A stretch of DNA of 63,776 nucleotides, the filler included, from Methanobacteriota archaeon (lineage in GTDB: Archaea; JACRDV01): NCBI GenBank assembly GCA_024860865.1. It is 7 parts of 7 records of this genome, joined end to end, with 100 filler letters (N's around TTAATTAATTAA, not from the genome) between each part and the next. Parts side by side here need not be neighbours in the genome. Positions count along the whole stretch, not along the records: positions 1 to 25,188 come from JACRDV010000155.1; 6 more parts are not named here. One strand, given 5' to 3'. The translations under genes were made by a program, and so were the position numbers. Under the pieces are notes generated by a model that saw only the letters and a list, made by a program, of their open reading frames with translations, did not search any database and was not told the DNA's origin. Each line of letters opens with the position of its first letter. Position 1 is the stretch's first letter. Positions 1 to 8,809 of this stretch are shown in pieces.

Positions 1-221
1 CAACTTCCCGGCCAAAAGTGAAATAGCGGTTTTTTCTCAACTGGGTCAGGGGCAACCGAAGATGCGCTAGCATAAATTAAAGTATAAAGTATTCCATCTT
101 GATTCTCTCGGACTCTACAAATACCTCGCTTTCCCGGGGCTATTTTGCAATACCAATTACAAACTTTGCATTGAACAATTTTGTTCTCAAGTTTATCGTA
201 GAGATATGCTTCCTTTTTCAT
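1..221 (-). CDS. AmmeMemoRadiSam-system radical SAM enzyme, N-terminal part (runs off the window)
   Basis: Hand translation from ATG 221: MKKEAYLYDKLENKIVQCKVCNWYCKIAPGKRGICRVRENQDG...DPVEKKPLFHFWPGS. The N-terminal Cys cluster and DPVEKKPL motif are typical of this family. Not in the ORF track. Confidence 0.85.
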   Translation of the reverse strand, partial: MKKEAYLYDKLENKIVQCKVCNWYCKIAPGKRGICRVRENQDGILYTLIYASASSVAPDPVEKKPLFHFWPGS

Positions 222-225
222 GGCT

Positions 226-1272
226 TCACTTTAAAAGTTTGTCAACTTCACTTGGTGAGATTATGAAGTGATCATAACCCTTAGGTTGAATTTTTTGGAC
301 TCTGCCATCTGCTCGAATTATTTTGAGCTCTTTATCTTCTGTTGTTATGCCAATTTTAAATAATTGTCCACTAACTTTTTTTATCGCTTCTTCAGCAATT
401 TTCCATTTATCAGGTTTAATGGCCAGTAATAATTCATAATCTCCGCCAATATAGGAAGTCAAATCAATTAAATCGCTGCCGATTAAATTCGCAACTTTTT
501 TTGTAGGCGATAGAATCGGTAAATTTTTTTCTTCTATTGTAAAGCCAACATTGCTCATAATTGACAGCTCATGCAAACTCCATGCTAAACCATCTGTAAT
601 ATCAGTTGCTGCAGTTACACATTTTGCATCAGCTAAAGCGCAAGCTTCTTTAACTCTTGCTTTTGGCTCAAGAGCAGCTTTTACTAAAATTGATCTTTCC
701 TTTGGATCAACCTCTAATTTCTTAAGTAAAATTTGAAGCCCAGCAGCAGCAGTTCCAATCGGACCAGAGACAGCAACTATATCACTTGGTTTTGCGCCAC
801 TTCGAGTCAGCAATTGGTCCTTTGGAACGATTCCAACGGCCGTTCCAGTTAAAGTTAGTTCATCACTTTGCCCTGTATGCCCACCAACTACACAAGTTCC
901 ATATTCAAGGGCCGCTTCGTTCATTCCTTCAGAGATTTCTTTAACAACTTCAGCTTCAGTATCCTTTGGAAAACCAAGTGAAACAACAATCCCAACTGGG
1001 GCTGCTCCCATTGCAGCCAAATCGCTCACTGTAATCGTAATAATGTTTTTTCCGATTTGAAAAGAGGTCATTTCATTTGGAATGTGAGTTTTTTTTGCCA
1101 TCATATCAGTAGTAATCACTAGATAATTTTCAAGCCCAAGATCTAAGACAGCTGCATCATCTTTGCCAGGTCCAATTTTTACGTGTGGCAACATTTTTAG
1201 TTGGTGAACAATTAACTCAACAAGTTTTCTTTCACCTAATTCATGAAGTTTTATGTAACCACTCACCAACAT
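226..1272 (-). CDS. thiL: Thiamine-monophosphate kinase
   Basis: GE-x-x-L N-terminus, DDAAVL, SDLAAMGA, VGGHT, DITDGL and GGDYELL motifs. The true start is probably ATG 1272 or GTG 1266, not 1401. Confidence 0.92.
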   Translation of the reverse strand: MLVSGYIKLHELGERKLVELIVHQLKMLPHVKIGPGKDDAAVLDLGLENYLVITTDMMAKKTHIPNEMTSFQIGKNIITITVSDLAAMGAAPVGIVVSLGFPKDTEAEVVKEISEGMNEAALEYGTCVVGGHTGQSDELTLTGTAVGIVPKDQLLTRSGAKPSDIVAVSGPIGTAAAGLQILLKKLEVDPKERSILVKAALEPKARVKEACALADAKCVTAATDITDGLAWSLHELSIMSNVGFTIEEKNLPILSPTKKVANLIGSDLIDLTSYIGGDYELLLAIKPDKWKIAEEAIKKVSGQLFKIGITTEDKELKIIRADGRVQKIQPKGYDHFIISPSEVDKLLK

Positions 1273-1545
1273 CTTCTTCATTATATCTAGGAATTCCTTA
1301 CTTGACCAAATTTCAATCTGACTTTTTATCTTATGGTTGTCAAAATGTTTCTTATTACTAGTAATAATTCCAGCTTTCAGTTTTAAAGCAGATGCAAGCA
1401 CGGACTGTCTTCTATATGTTCTACAATCTTTTTAGCTTCGGGTAATAAGTCCTTATATCCACTTATAGGAATCCAAATAGTTGGCAAAAGCTTTAAGAGA
1501 AAATTTATTTCTTCGACTGAATATTCTAGTTTCTTTTTAATAGTT
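1273..1545 (-). pseudogene. Degraded PIN-domain toxin fragment running in-frame into thiL
   Basis: Reads ...YKDLLPEAKKIVEHIEDSP / frameshift near 1402 / VLASALKLKAGIITSNKKHF, a PIN C-terminal motif. No start codon or N-terminal PIN strand. Confidence 0.6.
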
Positions 1546-1602
1546 TAATATTTAAATACTTTATTAATAGACTCTTATTGCCAAAATAAGGATGCTTAAA
1601 AC

Positions 1603-1860
1603 TTATCTACGAGTTAAGTAGTACGCAGGTAACACAAAAGCAGGTATTAATAAAGCTCCTGCAATAATTCCAGTTGGAGTACTTAAAGTAGAGGAACATC
1701 GTCCCGGACAATTAATTGAACCCGAACAACCATTGAATTGGCATCCTTTGCATGCCACTGTTGTGTCAATAATCACACTAATTACTAGCAAACCCGTTAA
1801 AACCAATATAATTAAAGCTCTTTTCAATCTTCTCACTAGTTCTAGTGTAATATGAAACAT
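1603..1860 (-). CDS. Small Cys-rich membrane-anchored/secreted hypothetical protein
   Basis: Basic-hydrophobic N-terminus, five-Cys core (CKGCQFNGCSGSINCPGRC), C-terminal hydrophobic helix ending in RR. Confidence 0.55.
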   Translation of the reverse strand: MFHITLELVRRLKRALIILVLTGLLVISVIIDTTVACKGCQFNGCSGSINCPGRCSSTLSTPTGIIAGALLIPAFVLPAYYLTRR

Positions 1861-2082
1861 TACTTATAACTTTTTATATAATTATAATTTTGTAAACATC
1901 GGCAGCAACCAATGGTTTTGCTCTGAGCTCTGAGCGAAAAACACTTATTATACAATAATCAACCGAGATTTAATTTAGCTGACTCATAGCATACAAAAAT
2001 AATTAACAAAATTTTTATATAAATTCTAATTTATGAAAATTGACAATAATACTAATCAATAAAATAAGGTTAGATATTAGAT

Positions 2083-2850
2083 ATGCTCCAAACAGGCATT
2101 ACTGAATTAGACAAGCTTCTGGGAGGAAGTATTCCTCCGGGTTATAGCATTTTAATAATCAATGAAATTGGTGTTAAACCCGAATTCTTAATTAACGAAA
2201 TCGTATTTAATGCACTAAGTAAAAACTGGTCGGTTGGCTATTTTTGCATTGATCAGCATGCTTTTGTTATTCGAGATGAAATGAAACGTATAGGATTCGA
2301 TATTTCTCGTTTTGAAAAAGATAACCAATTACGACTAATCGATGCTTGCTGTACTATTTCAACTGAATCAAAAGAAAAATTTTACCTTGAAAAACCAAGA
2401 GATGTTAACTATTATGTCCGCATGATTTCTTCAGAAACAAAAACTTCTAACCTCCTTTGGGTTTTTGATTCATTATCAACGCTAGTTCAAACGCTCGACC
2501 TACAAGCAATTAATAGACTCATGTCAAGTTTTTCTGATTGTATTCAATCATCAGGTCAAATTGCTTTGTATAGAATAACAGCTGGAATGCACGATAGTTT
2601 AACTTTAAGTACTCTGCAACATTTCGCAACCGGAGCTATTTATCTCGGAATGTATGGCAGGTTAGGCTGCGTATATTATCGAGATGGCACATGCACAAGA
2701 ATGAATGTTCATTGCACTACACCGATAATGCCTGAAAAATTCATTAAAATTTTAAAAATGTGGGGACTCGGCTATAGCGATGAAATAGCAACCTACGAAA
2801 TAGTTAAAAACCGATTTAAAATGAAAACAGCTAAATGGTCAAAAATGTAA
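2083..2850 (+). CDS. KaiC/RAD55-like RecA-superfamily protein with degenerate Walker A
   Basis: TGITELDKLLGG, FDSLSTL and IKILKMWG motifs. The P-loop position reads NEIGVKPE. Confidence 0.8.
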   Translation: MLQTGITELDKLLGGSIPPGYSILIINEIGVKPEFLINEIVFNALSKNWSVGYFCIDQHAFVIRDEMKRIGFDISRFEKDNQLRLIDACCTISTESKEKFYLEKPRDVNYYVRMISSETKTSNLLWVFDSLSTLVQTLDLQAINRLMSSFSDCIQSSGQIALYRITAGMHDSLTLSTLQHFATGAIYLGMYGRLGCVYYRDGTCTRMNVHCTTPIMPEKFIKILKMWGLGYSDEIATYEIVKNRFKMKTAKWSKM

Positions 2851-2913
2851 ATTTAAATTTTAGAAATTTTTATTGCTTTTTAAATTAATCTTTTCTCTAA
2901 TCCGTATATTCCA

Positions 2914-3321
2914 TTAATTAACTATGCTTACATATCCATTAGCAGTTACTACAACTTTAAATGGAGCTACAATCTGTCGACCTTTTATTTTATGGCGTGC
3001 TATTGCATTTATTGCCCCAATGATCTCAGTAGCACACATCCGCACATGGATGTTTTTATAATCTGCGGCTTTGAGAACTAACCGAGGTACTTTGAATAGA
3101 TCTGCCCCAGGTTTAATTAGGACATGAACTGGAGCTTCAATTTCCTCAACTTTTTTGAGAGTTTCATGCGCAGCTTCAATTTTTTGGCGTGCCCTTTGCT
3201 CTAATATTGTAACATTTGTCCTCGTAGTTTTGATTTGCTCGGCTACTTCTTCCTGCGTTAGGCCCTTAGCTCTCAGTCGAAGGACCTCAATTTGCCTTTC
3301 TGTCAGTAATCCATACCTCAC
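2914..3321 (-). CDS. tfx: Tfx-family DNA-binding protein
   Basis: LTERQIEVLRLRAKGLTQEEVA..TTRTNV..LEQRA HTH plus Tfx-type C-terminal domain (PGADLFKVP). Confidence 0.85.
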   Translation of the reverse strand: MRYGLLTERQIEVLRLRAKGLTQEEVAEQIKTTRTNVTILEQRARQKIEAAHETLKKVEEIEAPVHVLIKPGADLFKVPRLVLKAADYKNIHVRMCATEIIGAINAIARHKIKGRQIVAPFKVVVTANGYVSIVN

Positions 3322-3506
3322 ACAACCACCTATTTTTTGTTAATAGTTTTGTTTACAATGAGGTATTTATAGTAAATATACTTTTTACAGTTTTTAAATC
3401 GTTTACCTCTTTTTCAAACAAAATTTGATTGGTAACAATGATAAATTATTGAGGAGGTCTTTTCTTTTAATTACAATTTAATCAACAAAAAAATTCGGGG
3501 AATTTT

Positions 3507-4415
3507 ATGAAAGCAATATATTCTGTAATTCTTGCAATAGTGATATTAGCATTAGGATTCTTTAGCGGATATTACCTATCGCAAGAGAAAATATCTACAC
3601 CAGAAAAACCTGCAGAAGAGTTAGTTCTAGCAACTACAACTAGCACAGTCGACACTGGTTTGCTAGATGCGCTAAATAAACCATTCGAAGAAAAATACAA
3701 TTGCAGGGTGAAAGTGCTGCGGTTAGGCACAGGCGAAGCTTTAAAAACAGCAGAGATGGGCAATGCCGATGTTGTATTAGTACATGCTAGAAAAGCGGAG
3801 GATAAGTTTGTTGGAGAAGGATATGGTGTAAATCGACGAGATGTAATGCACAATGATTTTATTGTTATTGGACCTCTCAATGACCCTGCTGGTATAAAAG
3901 GAATGAAAAATGCTGCTGACGCATTTAAGAAAATTGCTCAAACTGAATCAACTTTTTTCTCAAGAGGGGATAATTCAGGAACTCATCAGAAAGAAAGAGA
4001 GATCTGGGCAAATGCTGGTATAACACCAGTTGGAAAATGGTATAAACCAGTGGGCAAAGGAATGGGAGATACGATAATTATAACAAATGAAAAGCAAGGA
4101 TATACTCTATCCGATAGAGGAACCTATCTCGCTATGGAGAAAAACATCAACCTAGTAATACTGATTGAAGGTGATCCAATTCTTTTTAATCCATATGGTG
4201 TGATTGCTATAAATCCCTCAAAATATCCAAAGAGAAATTATCAATTAGCGATGGCATACATTGGATACATCACATCACCACAAGGTCAAAAGATAATCAA
4301 AGACTATGGGAAATACATGATAATCGATCCATTGACAAAAAAACAGCAATCAGGTTATGGTCAACCATTATTTTATCCAGATGCGATAAATATCACGGTT
4401 TTAGAGAAATTATAA
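3507..4415 (+). CDS. tupA: Tungstate ABC transporter substrate-binding protein
   Basis: ATTTSTVDTGLL, GTGEAL, SRGDNSGTH and SDRGTY motifs; N-terminal membrane anchor. Confidence 0.92.
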   Translation: MKAIYSVILAIVILALGFFSGYYLSQEKISTPEKPAEELVLATTTSTVDTGLLDALNKPFEEKYNCRVKVLRLGTGEALKTAEMGNADVVLVHARKAEDKFVGEGYGVNRRDVMHNDFIVIGPLNDPAGIKGMKNAADAFKKIAQTESTFFSRGDNSGTHQKEREIWANAGITPVGKWYKPVGKGMGDTIIITNEKQGYTLSDRGTYLAMEKNINLVILIEGDPILFNPYGVIAINPSKYPKRNYQLAMAYIGYITSPQGQKIIKDYGKYMIIDPLTKKQQSGYGQPLFYPDAINITVLEKL

Positions 4416-4456
4416 AGTTAATCTTTGTTTTAAAGTGATCTCTCTAGGTGGTTTTT

Positions 4457-5176
4457 ATGAGTAGTTTAGAATTTTTGTTTGAAGGATTTGCAAAAGCAGT
4501 AGAATTAATTTTTACCCTTAATCCATATGTAATCAGCGTGACACAAGTTCAATTAAAAGTATCAGGAATTGCCGTGCTTCTAAGTACACTAACAGCTATC
4601 GCTTTAGCTACTCTTATCTCCTTCAGAAAATTTGTTGGTAAAGGACTTCTGATTACAATAATCAATACATTTATGGGTTTACCTCCTGTTATAGTAGGTC
4701 TAGTTGTGTTTATCCTCCTATCAACTTCTGGCCCCCTCGGCTTTCTCAATTTGATATATACTCCGACAGCCATGATCATCACCCAATACATTCTAGCTAC
4801 ACCAATAATTACAGGTGTGGCTATTTCAGCTATTGGAAGTGTGGAAAAAGAGATCGGAGACACTGCTCTCACGTTGGGAGCAAGTAAATTGGATATGACG
4901 TGGCTCGTCATAAAGGAAGCAAAACTTGGAATTATTACAGCAATATTGGCTGGCTTCGGGAGGGCCATTGCTGAAGTCGGGTCAATACTGATAGTAGGTG
5001 GAAACATAGCGTTTGCAGATGGCACATCTTATACCAGAACATTAACAACAGCAATAACAATAGAGACAGCTATGGGCAATTTTGCAACTGCTATAGCACT
5101 AGGCATTATTTTAATATCACTAGCACTTGCTGCTAACTTTGCAGTGAATATATTGCAGAGGAGAACTGAGGATTAA
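4457..5176 (+). CDS. tupB: Tungstate ABC transporter permease
   Basis: NTFMGLPPVIVGL, GFGRAIAEVG and TRTLTTAI motifs; in operon with tupA. Confidence 0.92.
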   Translation: MSSLEFLFEGFAKAVELIFTLNPYVISVTQVQLKVSGIAVLLSTLTAIALATLISFRKFVGKGLLITIINTFMGLPPVIVGLVVFILLSTSGPLGFLNLIYTPTAMIITQYILATPIITGVAISAIGSVEKEIGDTALTLGASKLDMTWLVIKEAKLGIITAILAGFGRAIAEVGSILIVGGNIAFADGTSYTRTLTTAITIETAMGNFATAIALGIILISLALAANFAVNILQRRTED

Positions 5177-6264
5177 TGTCTAATATGTTCCTCATTAAGA
5201 ATTTGCACAAACGCTACGGTGAAAAAGAGGCTTTAAAGGACACCAATTTAGAGATAAAAAGAGGAGAAATTTTCGGAATTTTAGGTCCAAGCGGTGCTGG
5301 GAAAACAACTTTACTTCGTTTACTAAATCTTCTCGATAAACCAACAAATGGAAAAATTTTCTTTGATGGCATTGATACAGAGAGTGCTTCGAGTTTAGAA
5401 CTTAGAAGGAGAATGGCTATGGTATTCCAAAAAATTACTGTCTTTAACATGAGCGTCTATGATAATGTTGCATACGGTCTAAAAGTTCGAAAAGAGAATG
5501 AGACTGAAATTGATAAGAAAGTTAAGCGTGCCTTAGAGCTTGTTGGGCTTTCAGGCTATGAAAATAGGAATGCTAAGACATTGTCTGGAGGCGAAGCGCA
5601 AAGAGTAGCTTTTGCAATGGCAACTGTATTTGAACCTGAGGTCCTCTTACTTGATGAACCAACAGCTAACTTAGATCCGATAAATGAAAGTATAATTGAA
5701 GATATAGTATTGAGAATCAATAAACTTGGTATTACTGTTGTCTTAGCAACGCATAAACAAGCAGAAGCTATGCGTTTGGCAGATCGGATTGCTGTATTAA
5801 ACAATGGAAAAATCGAACAAATTGGAAAACCAGATGAGATATTTTACAAGCCAAAGACTGAATTTGTAGCTAAATTCGTCGGCACGAAAAACATTATTGA
5901 AGGCAAAGTTAAGGTTGCTGATCCACAAGCAGATATGCTAAAAATTGCAGCGGATAATTTTGATATAATTACTCCCTACAAACCGTTAAAAGAGGGCACA
6001 TATGTAACCATTTGTATTCGCCCTGAAGATGTTATGATAGTAAGACCAGATGTTAAAACAAACAAGAAAAATACGCTATTAGGGAAAATAACTGATATTA
6101 TACCTGAAGGCGCTATGCTTAGATTGCATTTATTATTAAAAGAAAGCGATTATAGCTTGGTTATTGATATACCTAGACACGCTGCGAAAAAAATGGATCT
6201 AAAGGTTGACAAAGAAGTGACTATATCACTGGAAGAAACTGCTATGCATATTATTGAATCCTAA
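5176..6264 (+). CDS. tupC: Tungstate ABC transporter ATPase with TOBE domain
   Basis: GPSGAGKT, LSGGE, LLLDEP motifs and a C-terminal TOBE-like region. Confidence 0.88.
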   Translation: MSNMFLIKNLHKRYGEKEALKDTNLEIKRGEIFGILGPSGAGKTTLLRLLNLLDKPTNGKIFFDGIDTESASSLELRRRMAMVFQKITVFNMSVYDNVAYGLKVRKENETEIDKKVKRALELVGLSGYENRNAKTLSGGEAQRVAFAMATVFEPEVLLLDEPTANLDPINESIIEDIVLRINKLGITVVLATHKQAEAMRLADRIAVLNNGKIEQIGKPDEIFYKPKTEFVAKFVGTKNIIEGKVKVADPQADMLKIAADNFDIITPYKPLKEGTYVTICIRPEDVMIVRPDVKTNKKNTLLGKITDIIPEGAMLRLHLLLKESDYSLVIDIPRHAAKKMDLKVDKEVTISLEETAMHIIES

Positions 6265-6271
6265 ATATTTC

Positions 6272-6898
6272 TTATTTTATAAAATTAAAATTATTATTCA
6301 ATTTTTTTAACTTTTCAAGGTCTTCTATTCTATTTATATTTGAAAAAGATAAGAGCTTAGGATCAAATTTTTTTAATTCTTCAGTGGATATTTTGTTGAT
6401 TTTTATTAACAGCCGAACGGCATCATTAATTTTTAATTTACCATTTTTAAGAGCTTGTTCTGAGGCTCTAAACATCGAAGATACCCTATAGACTGCACAA
6501 AGAGTTTCCAAATAACAATTGGGCCAATGAGGTATTGCTGCATCAAAATTTTGTGCTTTTTTATAAAGATAATCCATAACTTTTGGATTGATTAATGGGG
6601 CATCGATTGGTAAAACAAAAGTATATTCGTTTTTGATAATTTTAAGCCCTGTTAAAAGACCCACTAATGGCCCTTTCTCTTTTTGTTCATCGTAAGCAAC
6701 TTGAACTGTTTTAGGCAAAAATTTTTTATAGAGTTGATATTGTTGCTTATCACTTAGAACAATTACAATCTCATCAGAAATTTTAGAAGCTACGTTAACG
6801 GAATGTTCGATTAAAGATTTATTTTTAAAAAGCGCTAATGCTTTGTTTCCTTTAAACCTAGTGCTCTTTCCACCAGCAAGAATAATTGAACTTCGCAT
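6272..6898 (-). CDS. mobA: Molybdenum cofactor guanylyltransferase
   Basis: ILAGGKSTRF..NKAL, GPLVGL and NINRIEDL motifs. Confidence 0.9.
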   Translation of the reverse strand: MRSSIILAGGKSTRFKGNKALALFKNKSLIEHSVNVASKISDEIVIVLSDKQQYQLYKKFLPKTVQVAYDEQKEKGPLVGLLTGLKIIKNEYTFVLPIDAPLINPKVMDYLYKKAQNFDAAIPHWPNCYLETLCAVYRVSSMFRASEQALKNGKLKINDAVRLLIKINKISTEELKKFDPKLLSFSNINRIEDLEKLKKLNNNFNFIK

Positions 6899-7143
6899 GG
6901 CTTTTACCGAACATTAAAAATTATATTAAACTTATTGATCGATAAGTGTTTTTTATTTTGAGACATGGCAACTATTTTCAATTCACTCTTAAATTATATT
7001 ACCGTCATCGGAAGAACGGTTTCCGTTGCAACAGATGGAGCCTCTTGAAATAAACATAAAAATGTCTAAAAAACATATTTATTATTGTAGATTTAACCAT
7101 ATTTATGTTTATACCGAATCTACTTGCTTCTGAGTGTAATTTC

Positions 7144-7854
7144 ATGCTACAGAAATCCATCTTGTATGAGGGGAAAACAAAGATCGCGTATCTTACAGAT
7201 GACCCTGAAAAAATTTTGCTTGAATTCAAGGATGACATTACAGCATTTGATGGAAAAAAACATGAAATCATACCTGGCAAGGGCAGAACCAATGCATTAA
7301 TTTCTGCTAAGCTTTTTGAGTTGCTTGAAAAATCTAATCTCAATACTCATTATCTAAATTTTGTTGAACCAAATGCTATGCTTGTTCGAAAACTTGACAT
7401 GATTAGATTAGAAGTAACTTGCAGAAATATCGCGACTGGAAGTTTAGTAAAAAGGTTACCTTTTAAAGAAAAGCAAGTTCTTAACAATCCTATTATTGAG
7501 TGCTATTATAAATCGGATGAATATCACGATCCATTGATTAATGATGACCATATTAAAGCGCTTAAAATTGCTAATGAATTTGAAACTGAACAAATGCGAG
7601 AAACAATTTTAAAAGCAAATAGTATTCTTCAGAAATTTTTATTAGAGCGAAAAATTATTCTCGCTGATTTTAAACTTGAATTTGGCAGAGATTCAAAAGG
7701 CCAAATTTTTATTGGCGATGAAATTTCTCCAGATAGCTGCCGATTGTGGGATAAAACTACGCTTAAAAGCCTAGATAAAGACGTTTTTCGACGTGGCGAG
7801 TTAAATGTAAAAGAAATTTATCAAGAAATTTTTAGACGAATTGTAGGTGCATAA
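7144..7854 (+). CDS. purC: SAICAR synthetase
   Basis: LYEGKTK, FKDDITAFDG, DFKLEFG and DEISPDSCRLWD motifs; start moved to ATG 7144. Confidence 0.95.
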   Translation: MLQKSILYEGKTKIAYLTDDPEKILLEFKDDITAFDGKKHEIIPGKGRTNALISAKLFELLEKSNLNTHYLNFVEPNAMLVRKLDMIRLEVTCRNIATGSLVKRLPFKEKQVLNNPIIECYYKSDEYHDPLINDDHIKALKIANEFETEQMRETILKANSILQKFLLERKIILADFKLEFGRDSKGQIFIGDEISPDSCRLWDKTTLKSLDKDVFRRGELNVKEIYQEIFRRIVGA

Positions 7855-7856
7855 GA

Positions 7857-8114
7857 TTGGAACATATTGCTGAAGTTTTAATTGAATTGAAGCCAGGGTT
7901 AGTTGATCCAGAGGGGAAAGCGATTCATAGGGCTCTGAATCTTCTGGGTTATCAAAATGTGAAAGAAGTAAAATCTTCGAAGCAATTGAAAATCAAACTT
8001 GAAGTGAATAACAAAGAAGATGCTAAAAAATTAGTTGATGAAATGTGCAGGCGGCTTTTAGCTAATCCGGTTATTCACAATTATACTATTTCGATTAAAG
8101 AGGCAACTATATGA
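7857..8114 (+). CDS. purS: FGAM synthase subunit PurS
   Basis: DPEG and LLANPVI motifs. Confidence 0.95.
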   Translation: MEHIAEVLIELKPGLVDPEGKAIHRALNLLGYQNVKEVKSSKQLKIKLEVNNKEDAKKLVDEMCRRLLANPVIHNYTISIKEATI

Positions 8115-8809
8115 GAATCGGAATTATCAAGTATCCAGGCACAAACTGTGATATGGATGTCTACAGTGTTTTGAAAAATATTTTACAGGTTAATGCAGAG
8201 TATGTTTGGTACGCTAAGGAAGACCTTGGTGAGTATGATGGAATTGTTGTTCCCGGAGGATTCTCTTACGGGGATTATCTAAGAGCTGGTGCAATCGCTG
8301 CAAGGATGCCAATTACATCTGCGCTCAAAGAGCATATAAAAAAAGGAAAACCTGTTCTTTCAATCTGCAATGGCTTCCAGATTTTAGTAGAATCGGGATT
8401 GCTTTTAGGAGCTCTTATGCCAAACATTGGAGCTCGTTTTATCTGTAAGTGGGTTACTTTAAGGGTTGAAACCTCTTTTACTGCCCTCACCAACCAAATT
8501 CCTAAAGGAAAATTGCTAAGAATGCCAATTGCTCACGCTGAGGGAGATTACTATGCTGAGCCGAAAGTTTTGAGAAAATTGGATGCAAACGATCAAATTG
8601 TGTTTAGGTATGTCGATGAACGCGGTAATCCAACTCCAGAAGCAAATCCTAACGGATCCATCGATAATATCGCTGGAATCTCAAACGAAGAAGGAAATGT
8701 TGTAGCGCTGATGCCCCATCCTGAACGCGCATCTGAAAAAATTTTAGGCTCAGAGGATGGTCGCGCTGTTTTTGAATCTATGGTAAAGTACATTGAGGGA
8801 TTAACTTGA
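8111..8809 (+). CDS. purQ: FGAM synthase glutaminase subunit
   Basis: PGGFSYGDYLRAGA, ICNGFQIL and MPHPER motifs. Confidence 0.96.
   Translation: MRIGIIKYPGTNCDMDVYSVLKNILQVNAEYVWYAKEDLGEYDGIVVPGGFSYGDYLRAGAIAARMPITSALKEHIKKGKPVLSICNGFQILVESGLLLGALMPNIGARFICKWVTLRVETSFTALTNQIPKGKLLRMPIAHAEGDYYAEPKVLRKLDANDQIVFRYVDERGNPTPEANPNGSIDNIAGISNEEGNVVALMPHPERASEKILGSEDGRAVFESMVKYIEGLT

Noticed and set aside
226-1401. 391-aa ThiL with an N-terminal extension (apparent PIN-ThiL fusion)
   Set aside because: The extension is the tail of a frameshifted PIN remnant that happens to be in frame. ThiL homology starts near 1266-1272.
2640-2690. Hairpin in the KaiC-like gene's Cys insert as a second mRNA intron
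   Set aside because: It forms a stem with an internal loop, not two 3-nt bulges on opposite strands around a 4-bp helix, and the frame is already open.
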